Shown piece after piece: positions 1-7,459 of a stretch of DNA of 64,000 nucleotides; the stretch's first letter is position 1, and every line of letters starts with the position of its first letter. This DNA comes from a virus: positions 25,920-89,919 of the IMG/VR virus record IMGVR_UViG_3300024999_000066, one strand, 5' to 3'. Position numbers and translations under genes: made by a program. Below the pieces are notes generated by a model. It worked only from the letters and a program-made list of their open reading frames with translations, made no database searches and was not told where the DNA came from.

Positions 1-5
1 AACTA

Positions 6-35
6 TTGACAAACGGACTTGCGATAGTTTACTCT
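6..35 (+). promoter_or_regulatory. sigma70-like promoter
   Basis: TTGACA (6-11), 18 nt, TACTCT (30-35). Confidence 0.45.
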
Positions 36-68
36 TCACTTATAAATTTAATTAAGAGGAAATATAAT

Positions 69-275
69 GTGAAATGCAGATGCTGCAATATTGAGATGCT
101 TTGGCGTGAATTCAGGATGCTGCAAGATGATGGGTCTGAAGAAGACATGTGTTCCAGTTGCCTGAACATCGTCTATTATCCAGAATATTGTGAGCCTCCA
201 CATTACGCTTTTTCCGATATAACTGAGATGGCTGTTCCTTTCATTGTAACTCCACCAAAGAAAGTTGAATATTAG
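69..275 (+). CDS. small Zn-binding protein (CxCC...CxxC)
   Basis: ORF 6..275; better start is GTG at 69 after the AGAGGA RBS; MKCRCC...MCSSC. Confidence 0.6.
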   Translation: MKCRCCNIEMLWREFRMLQDDGSEEDMCSSCLNIVYYPEYCEPPHYAFSDITEMAVPFIVTPPKKVEY

Positions 276-276
276 C

Positions 277-305
277 TTGACAACGTTATATTATTACTTT
301 AATAT
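277..305 (+). promoter_or_regulatory. sigma70-like promoter for the tRNA/ncRNA island
   Basis: TTGACA 277-282, 17 nt, TAATAT 300-305. Confidence 0.55.
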
Positions 306-342
306 ATTATGACCGTGGGTTAACGGTAATTTTATATATCTA

Positions 343-417
343 GCGGATATAACTCAGAGGCAGAGTGTCAGCCTTCCAAGCTGTTCGTCGGGATTTCGAA
401 ATTCCCTATCCGCTCCA
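343..417 (+). tRNA. tRNA-Gly (anticodon TCC)
   Basis: Acceptor GCGGATA/TATCCGC, anticodon loop CTTCCAA, T-loop TTCGAAA, discriminator T plus encoded CCA. Confidence 0.9.
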
Positions 418-424
418 GTTTCAC

Positions 425-652
425 CCCAACACGAAGAATCAATTCTAGAAAGTTGGGTTTCTCCCGCTGGCTCATCTCTCCTTCCAGCACTTAAGCGTGT
501 AGAGTTTCTCCTCCTTTATTGCGCTATTGACCTTGAGCAACTTGTTAACTGCCTCTCCTCAGAATAACGAGTTACACCAACAGGGTCATTTCTAAATAAT
601 CTTGTAACTCTTCAGTTATAATGCCAGTAAGCTGGTCAGGATTATTTAGAAA
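425..652 (+). ncRNA. candidate structured ncRNA with four single-stranded UCUCC segments
   Basis: Five consecutive stems, including the 16-bp 589-604/637-652; G-U pairs favour the + strand; no ORF. Confidence 0.65.
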
Positions 653-665
653 GTATTATTTCTCA

Positions 666-753
666 TGTGTTCTAATAGCTTAATTCAGGTCGCTCCTGAT
701 TGGAAGAGCAAGCATATGAGGCTAGTGTAAGTTCGAATCTTACTTAGTTCACA
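666..753 (+). ncRNA. degenerate tRNA-like element with a hairpin inserted in the D-loop
   Basis: Perfect T-arm GTAAG-TTCGAAT-CTTAC, D-stem GCTT/GAGC, mismatched acceptor stem, no CCA. Confidence 0.55.
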
Positions 754-786
754 GCAGAAATATTATTTATAAATAGGTAAACACAA

Positions 787-1203
787 ATGGCTGGTCCAAC
801 TAAAGACAAGCAAACAGCAGCACAGAAAGCTCATCGTTTTGATGGCGAGAAAAGCAATCGTAACACTAAGGGCAATTCCAAGGTTCGTATCAATAAATCA
901 AAATTGCGTGTTCTTGCAGAGAAGCTGCTTGAGCGTCAAGATATTGCATTAGAGTTGGTCGATAAGAGTCTTGCCGGAAAAGAAACTAATCCAGAAAGTA
1001 CTGCCAGTGCTAAATGGGTGCTCAACTCAATCGTCAGTGTGATCAAAGCAGCCTCTGCTGAAGAGCTTGGATCGTTCAATGCTCGTCTCAAAGGTAAGCG
1101 TGATGATGAACCTGAAGAACAAACTCCTGCGGAAATCAGCAAAGAATTGAAGCCACGTCTTAGTCTGGTCTACGTTGACCCAGAGGACCAAGACGACGAA
1201 TGA
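787..1203 (+). CDS. hypothetical protein, possible terminase small subunit
   Basis: 138 aa, basic N-terminus (RFDGEKSNRNTKG), helical core, acidic tail, upstream of terL; TerS call is inference. Confidence 0.45.
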   Translation: MAGPTKDKQTAAQKAHRFDGEKSNRNTKGNSKVRINKSKLRVLAEKLLERQDIALELVDKSLAGKETNPESTASAKWVLNSIVSVIKAASAEELGSFNARLKGKRDDEPEEQTPAEISKELKPRLSLVYVDPEDQDDE

Positions 1204-1323
1204 TGTAACCCATAAGTCACATATACTAAACATTATCTTCTAAATGTTATATTTAGTGGACAATATATGGGAATTATACTAGATTATTTGAATTACTATA
1301 ATCGGTCTATAGTCGTCTATAAT

Positions 1324-1339
1324 TATATATATATATATA
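1324..1339. repeat. (TA)8 run at the end of an AT-rich tract
   Basis: tatatatatatatata read directly. Confidence 0.8.
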
Positions 1340-1790
1340 AAAGAATTTACAGGGCACAGCGGAGAATCTAAGACGCTGATCCGGCAAGATTGGAAGGCTT
1401 GTTCCTTTGTTAAGCTGACGAAGGATAACGGTGCATAATTCCCAGTGGGCATGTTGGTATGGAATGACCTTAAAATGGTCTGAGTTGGTTCGACTCCAAC
1501 CCCCTTGGGTGAAGATGAAGTGAGTACATCCCCTGTAAACCTAACTAAGCTTCGGCCTAGTATCTTCAAGTAAGTCCTAGTTCCTTGAAGAAAGCTTACT
1601 AAACCAACTAGTAAGTGTAATACCATTTCATGAAGAACAATACTTTCAACGTTTGTTGAAACCTTAGTGGATGGTGAAATGTCTACCCGAAAGGGCGTGG
1701 AGAGACTGAGTAAATCTTGTGCTCAGAGAGTTGTCAGGTCAGGTTAAGATTGTGGACGCTGACACAAGTATTTTATAAACCATATTAGAA
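1340..1790 (+). ncRNA. large highly structured ncRNA (ROOL/GOLLD-like candidate) with embedded tRNA-like module
   Basis: More than 12 stems, long-range 1346-1354/1531-1539 pairing, UUCG and GAAA tetraloops, T-arm at 1484-1500, no credible + strand ORF. Confidence 0.7.
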
Positions 1791-1838
1791 GTGTGGTTGT
1801 GATAAAGCATTCCAAACAACAAATATTAAAGGAATGTA

Positions 1839-2681
1839 ATGAGTGTATACAAGCTACAAACTACAAGTTGGATTAACTTATCTACCTTATCTTCAATTGA
1901 TATAACACTCAGCAGCGTAAAAGTTACAAATCTTAGTAGTGGTACTATATATGTAACAAGATCAGCAACTATTCCAGAACCTTCGTTTGTAGGTAATCAA
2001 GTCTTCCCAAAAGAGACTAGCTCTATTACCAAGGACACACTTCAAACTTGGATTAGGGCGCCATACCTTGGTGCTATTGACGTTGAGCCTCTGCTTTCCA
2101 ATTCCATAGAACCATTTACATCGGTAGACCTACCCTCTGATGTGTGGACATCGGTGAGAGAGGGTTATAGACGGCTTAGGGTTGATTCAGCACAGACAGG
2201 ATTCTTTGAGGGAAGGGAGTTTCGCACTTTTAAGGAGCTTAGCATTTCCTCTGGTGCAACTTTGGTGATGAGAATCACAGTCCCTGTAAATACGATCCTA
2301 CAGAATGTTAGGCTTTCCTTAGATGCGGGGTCTATCAAACTGCGTACTGTAGTTGGTGGGACTCCAACGGGGGTGTTTGGTGAAACTCTGCCAACCATCT
2401 CTAAAAATACAATGACCGGTGGAGTATTTCCTGCACCACCTATTCCGTTGTATGTTGCTCAGAACACAATTATGTCTGGTGCAACAGCTTTAACAGGCGG
2501 GGTTGACATTGACGTCATCCGCATTGTTGTAGCTAACGCAAGCGGTCAAGCACAGTCAGTGGGTGCAGCGGTAGATGATTCTCGTGGTGTGGGCCCAGGA
2601 ACTTACTATTGGATTTTCAATAACTTTGGTTCAGGGACTGCTACAGGTGTGTTCTCAAGTTTTTGGGAAGAGCGTCCTTAA
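1839..2681 (+). CDS. hypothetical protein, probably virion-associated beta-rich protein
   Basis: 280-aa ORF with AAGGA RBS; Ser/Thr/Gly/Val-rich. Confidence 0.6.
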   Translation: MSVYKLQTTSWINLSTLSSIDITLSSVKVTNLSSGTIYVTRSATIPEPSFVGNQVFPKETSSITKDTLQTWIRAPYLGAIDVEPLLSNSIEPFTSVDLPSDVWTSVREGYRRLRVDSAQTGFFEGREFRTFKELSISSGATLVMRITVPVNTILQNVRLSLDAGSIKLRTVVGGTPTGVFGETLPTISKNTMTGGVFPAPPIPLYVAQNTIMSGATALTGGVDIDVIRIVVANASGQAQSVGAAVDDSRGVGPGTYYWIFNNFGSGTATGVFSSFWEERP

Positions 2682-2752
2682 GTAATTCTGAGAGGCTATT
2701 AAAGGATTAGTAGCTTCATATTGAAATTATTTTAAGTTTATTTTGTAAATAC

Positions 2753-2782
2753 TTGACAGAATGACTTTCAGTTTGATATAGT
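2753..2782 (+). promoter_or_regulatory. sigma70-like promoter
   Basis: TTGACA, 18 nt, TATAGT. Confidence 0.55.
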
Positions 2783-2817
2783 TCATCCTCAAGTTTAAGA
2801 ACTAAGGAGAATTTATT

Positions 2818-3180
2818 GTGAATGAATATAAAGTACTAGTTACAGGTAATGATAGCATTGGCTACAGCTTCATGAAAAATGTGATTGAGCTGGCCAGTAT
2901 GGGCGCTACTCTTGAAGAAGGCAAGGTGCCTACAATGCGCTTCCCTTTCTCAGCTTGGATGTATCTCCAGACTGATGAGCTTATGGAAAGTAAACCAGGG
3001 TTTCAGTTCCAGATTATGCAAGAGAACTTTACTAAAGAGCAACTTGATGATATGGATTGGTCAGAATTCAAAGCTGTAGTAAAGAAAAAGTATGGCATCA
3101 CAGGTCGTGATCGTACACTTCTTACCAATCAGTATTTGAAAGCAAGTGGTCAAGTAGAATCTTCCAAGGAAGAAAAATAA
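2818..3180 (+). CDS. hypothetical protein upstream of terminase
   Basis: 120 aa, GTG start after AAGGAG. Confidence 0.7.
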   Translation: MNEYKVLVTGNDSIGYSFMKNVIELASMGATLEEGKVPTMRFPFSAWMYLQTDELMESKPGFQFQIMQENFTKEQLDDMDWSEFKAVVKKKYGITGRDRTLLTNQYLKASGQVESSKEEK

Positions 3181-3296
3181 CAAGTTGTGTAAACGGCCTC
3201 TGTTATAAAAGAATTCGGTGAACTGTAATACCAAACATGAGGCTGTCTTGACGGCTGGTGAGGTGAGGCACCGTTTTACTTTGAGAATTAATTGTT

Positions 3297-4262
3297 TTGA
3301 ATTACCAGAAAATTTATAATGCTTTAGTTGAGAAAGCTAAAGTACGAGGTCTTGATAAAAAGAAACACGATGGTTACTTTGAAATTCATCATATCCTTCC
3401 AAAGTGTTTGGGCGGTAGTGACGACAAAGAAAACTTGGTAATGTTTACTGCAAGAGAGCATTATGTCTCTCACCTACTCCTCTGGAAAATGAATCCCGGA
3501 CACGTTGGTCTGTTTACTGCTGCTTTCTTTATGAGTAAGAAGAGATTATTTAAGTTTAGCTCAAAACTTTACGAAGTTTTAAAGTTAGAGCAAGCCAAAC
3601 AACTAGCTGAATTCAACTCTACGAACTCTGGGTTTAATAGTCCTGTATTTAAAGATTTGACTGGTGAGGTTAGGGGTAGGCTAACTGTAGTATCTTTTGA
3701 AGATTGGATTTTTCAGAAAAGTGGTACTAGAACATCTACTTGGAATTGTCTTTGTGATTGTGGAAACTCCTTAACATTAGCGGCAAAATTTCTAACTAAA
3801 AAGAGTGGAACACGCTCCTGCGGCTGCGCTCGAGTGGAAAAGATGAAAGCTCATACCGGCGAAAATAATCCATTTTACGGCAAGAAACACTCACCTGAAA
3901 CTCTTGAAATACTAAGAGAAAAGGGTAAAGGGAAAGGTGGTTGGAATAAAGGTTTAGTTCGCACTGAAGAGCATAAACGTAAAGTTTCAGAAGGTTTGAA
4001 AGCAAGAAACCGCCCCGCATGGGAAGCTGGAACAGTCATGAATAAAGATGAGCAACTAACTAAATGGTTGATGGCTGACTATTATTACGAATTATATCTT
4101 ACTAATACCACACTAACTTCTGCAAAGTTCACCACTCTGTATAATCGGCTACATAACGATAATTTGCCAGCAAGAGCTTTTACTGCAATGCACAGAGAAT
4201 TTGTTAAAGGTTGGATTCCTTTAGAAGATGAGAGGTGGGTGAAGTTTTCTAAGGGATTCTAA
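3297..4262 (+). CDS. free-standing HNH homing endonuclease (MobE-like N-terminus, Zn-ribbon, NUMOD3)
   Basis: EIHHILPKCLGG..NLV.FTAREHYVSH; WNCLCDCG..SCGC; GENNPFYGKKHS. Confidence 0.85.
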   Translation: MNYQKIYNALVEKAKVRGLDKKKHDGYFEIHHILPKCLGGSDDKENLVMFTAREHYVSHLLLWKMNPGHVGLFTAAFFMSKKRLFKFSSKLYEVLKLEQAKQLAEFNSTNSGFNSPVFKDLTGEVRGRLTVVSFEDWIFQKSGTRTSTWNCLCDCGNSLTLAAKFLTKKSGTRSCGCARVEKMKAHTGENNPFYGKKHSPETLEILREKGKGKGGWNKGLVRTEEHKRKVSEGLKARNRPAWEAGTVMNKDEQLTKWLMADYYYELYLTNTTLTSAKFTTLYNRLHNDNLPARAFTAMHREFVKGWIPLEDERWVKFSKGF

Positions 4263-5968
4263 ATGACAGAACAAAAGAAACTTCCGGGGCCGTGTTCATT
4301 ACGTCAAAGTATGTATATCGCCTCGGAGGCTGACGTAACCTTATTTGGTGGCGCAGCCGCGAGCGGAAAAAGTGAAATCGGCGTTATTGACTTCCTGAAG
4401 TATACAGACATTCCCAATTTCATTGGTGTAATGACACGTCGCACAACACCCCAGCTTAATGGTCCGGGTGGGTTGCTAACTAAATGTAAGCGTGTATTTA
4501 GTCAAGCATATAAACCAGATGAATATACTTGGCGAGCAAAAGATGGTAAGTTCGTGTTCCATGCCAGTGGTGCTGAAATTTATCTCAAGCACTTTGAGAA
4601 TGATGCAGCAGATGTGAACTGGCAAGGTTCTGAAGCGAATCTTTTCTATATCGATGAGGGAACCCAATATACGATGTATATGATACAATATATCATGTCT
4701 CGTATGCGTAATCCTTCATGCCCGTCAATCAAACCTCACCTCAAAATCACCTGCAATCCAGATGCCGATCACGGCCTCAGAAAGTGGGTAGAGCCCTACT
4801 TGCAAGAAGATGGTACTCCTGACCGTTCAAAAGACGGGATGTTGAGATACTTTTCTTTCATGGATGGTGACTTTGTTTGGGCTGACACTAAAGAACAACT
4901 CCTAGCTGAATACGGTGTAAGAGAGCAAGATGCTCTGTCTTTTACCTTTATTAGTGCTAACGTTTATGACAACAAAATTGTAGAAGAAGTTAACCCTAAG
5001 TATGTTGCTTGGCTTAAAGGTCTTCGCGGAACTGAACGTAAACGGCTCCTAGAAGGGAATTGGTTCGTTCGCGAAAGTGCAGCAGGATTCATGAAAAAAG
5101 AATTCTGTAGTAAGGTTAATTTGTTTGATAAAGAGATTGTGTCTTATTGTCGTGCGTGGGATATAGCAGGTTCGATTCCATCGGAAGCACTACCAAATCC
5201 CGACTGGACTGCTGGTGTTCTTATTGCTAAGACAAAACAAGGCAGATATATAGTAGTTGATGTAGTTAGATTTCGTGCAAGGTTTGGCGAAGTTATGGCT
5301 AAGATTATTGAAACTGCCAAGTCTGACCCTGAAGGCACACAAATCATTATCCCACAAGAACCCGGACAAGCTGGTAAAGCCGCTGGGCAGATGATGATTA
5401 AAGAACTTCTATCTGATGGATTTTACGCAAGAATGCGTCCATCTAATAAGTCCAAGATAATCAGGTTTCAGCCCTTCGCAGCAGCAGCAGAAGCTGGTCT
5501 TGTTGACTACGTTGAGGCTGATTGGAATGATACATATTTCGACGAGTTGGAAAGTTTTGACGGAAGTCGTAAGAATAAAGACGATTTATTAATCTTGGTC
5601 GTCTATAAACCCATTGAATTCGGTGGACCTCTCGTAAGAGACAATACCGAGCGAAGCCTAGTGATAGGAACGTGTAACGACTATCGAAAGCGCACAGTAA
5701 TGTGGAAGTGAGTAGAGTAGGGTCAAGTGACCCGAAGCGGTGGGCAAACAAAACTGTTTGAAGATATAGTCTCCTCTGTACAGTGATGTGCAGCAGTCGT
5801 ATACGACTGGATAAGATATAACGAATCTTATTTAAGATGATGCAAGTTGATGCTACAAGCGATTCTTTCATAACTTTAGCTCAAAGACAAGTTATTCCAA
5901 ACTTCTCATCCGGCCTACTCTCCGCAAATTTAACTCAATCTAACCCCTTCCTTAATGCAGGAGCTTAA
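4263..5968 (+). CDS. terL: terminase large subunit, spliced join(4263..5585,5843..5968), 482 aa
   Basis: Walker A GGAAASGKS, Walker B FYIDE, TCNP, RAWD; splicing restores the nuclease motif KDD-QVDATSDSF and puts the stop directly before the portal ATG. Confidence 0.93.
5586..5842 (+). mobile_element. self-splicing group I intron (IA-type), 257 nt, no ORF
   Basis: P1 GACGAU/GGUCGUC with U-G at the splice site; P GAAUUCGGUGGA, Q AAUACCGAGC, R AACGACUAUC, S AAGAUAUAGUC; terminal G; P10 CUUG/CAAG. Confidence 0.92.
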
Positions 5969-7459
5969 ATGGCTGACGAAGCAGAAATCTCCCTAGAGGT
6001 AGGGGAAAATGATATTCCAGCACTTGCTCTTGGTGAGGCTGGTTATAATGGCCTAAAAGTTTTGGGCGGCGAAATCTTAGAAGAATGCTCACACGAACTA
6101 CGCTGGCCTCAAGCAATTAATACATTTAAACGTATGGAAAAAGATGGTGCTATTGCCCCAGCTCTTGCATATGTTGAGATGATGATTTCTCGTGTGGACT
6201 GGACAGTAAAGATTCCAGAAGGCTATGAAGAAGAGTTGAAAGATAAAGCCATATTCATGCGTCAGTGTATGAATGATATGGAACATGACTTCAAGTCCTT
6301 TATCAAACAAGCTGTTAGCTTTAATCGTTACGGTTTCGCCCCTGTAGAAAAAATATATAGGATGCGTTATCGTGATAAAGGCTCTCAATACAACGACGGT
6401 TTGATTGCTCCAAAGAAACTTGTATTGCGCTCTCAGGATACTATTGATAGTTGGGTGTTTAAGAATAAAGGCCGTGACCTTGCTGGACTTAATCAGCGTA
6501 TTAATATCCCAAGTAACAGAGCTGAAAATCCTTACCAATCCCTTACCGAGCTTACTGAGGATGGTGTAAAGTTCATCCCTCGTAAAAAATTCATGTTGTT
6601 TCGTAATACCGGAAGCAAAAACAACCCTGAAGGGCAATCTCCTTTGGTTGGTTGCTGGACAGCTTGGAAATATAAGACTGCCTATCAAGAATCGGAAGCT
6701 ATCTCTGTAGCTCAAGATTCGAACGGCTTTAAAGTTCTTTATCTCCCTCCACAGTACATGACTGAAAATGCTACTGCTGAAGATAAGGCAGTATTCGAAC
6801 ATTACAAAACTGTAATCAAGAATATGCACCAAGCTAAAGAGTCTGGTTTGATTCTTCCTCTTATTCTGGATGAGTCTGGGAAGAAGATGTTTGAGTTTGA
6901 TATTATGTCTGTAACTGGACAAAAATCTTATGATACAAACCTTATTATCCAACGCTATACAGCAGAGATTCTGACTGCATTGTTTGCAGACTTCTTAACA
7001 CTGGGTAGTAACGGCTCAGGCAGCTTCTCCCTTGCTGAAAGTAAGATCAGTGTTGTGGAAATGGCTATTCAATCCAAACTTGACGAAATTAAAACTCAGC
7101 TTAATTTTGACCTTGCTAAACAGATATTTTCGCTAAACGGCTGGTCAACAGACGTAATGCCAGAATGGACTTATGGTGAGATTGGTAAAGTTAGTCTTGA
7201 TGAAATTTCTAAGTTCATTCAACGAACCGCCGCCGTCGGCCTAATCCCGAAAGCACCAAAAGTGGTTAACTGGATTATGGATCAAGCTAACATCCCTTAT
7301 AAAGTCGATGAAGACTTGAGTGTTGAAGAGTTGTCTAAACAATTGACACCGGAAACATCTAACAGTGGGGCCGGGATGACTGAAGGAATGCCTAACGGTA
7401 CAGGAAGCTCAAACGGTTCTTCCGGGGATAGCTCAACATCTAACACGGAGAACACCTAG
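5969..7459 (+). CDS. portal protein
   Basis: 496 aa directly after terL; NPEGQSPL and GSFSLAESK motifs typical of myovirus portals. Confidence 0.88.
   Translation: MADEAEISLEVGENDIPALALGEAGYNGLKVLGGEILEECSHELRWPQAINTFKRMEKDGAIAPALAYVEMMISRVDWTVKIPEGYEEELKDKAIFMRQCMNDMEHDFKSFIKQAVSFNRYGFAPVEKIYRMRYRDKGSQYNDGLIAPKKLVLRSQDTIDSWVFKNKGRDLAGLNQRINIPSNRAENPYQSLTELTEDGVKFIPRKKFMLFRNTGSKNNPEGQSPLVGCWTAWKYKTAYQESEAISVAQDSNGFKVLYLPPQYMTENATAEDKAVFEHYKTVIKNMHQAKESGLILPLILDESGKKMFEFDIMSVTGQKSYDTNLIIQRYTAEILTALFADFLTLGSNGSGSFSLAESKISVVEMAIQSKLDEIKTQLNFDLAKQIFSLNGWSTDVMPEWTYGEIGKVSLDEISKFIQRTAAVGLIPKAPKVVNWIMDQANIPYKVDEDLSVEELSKQLTPETSNSGAGMTEGMPNGTGSSNGSSGDSSTSNTENT

Noticed and set aside
768-775. T4-type late promoter TATAAATA
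   Set aside because: A single instance in AT-rich DNA, not repeated before other late genes, and no gp55-like sigma factor is visible.
1279-1626. 115-aa minus-strand ORF
   Set aside because: No RBS, runs through the TA repeat, and overlaps a structured RNA whose wobble pairs favour the + strand.
1340-1790. tmRNA, RNase P or intron identity for the large RNA
   Set aside because: No GGGG..CCA tRNA-like termini or tag peptide, no RNase P P4 signature, and no group I P7 or group II domain V recognised by eye. A covariance search is still needed.
5586-5711. C-terminal 41 aa of the predicted 4263..5711 ORF
   Set aside because: This is read-through into the group I intron; the true C-terminus is 5843-5968.
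5837-5842. Alternative 3' splice site after G5839
   Set aside because: It would insert Met (DDMQVDA) and break the motif; P10 pairing supports 5842.
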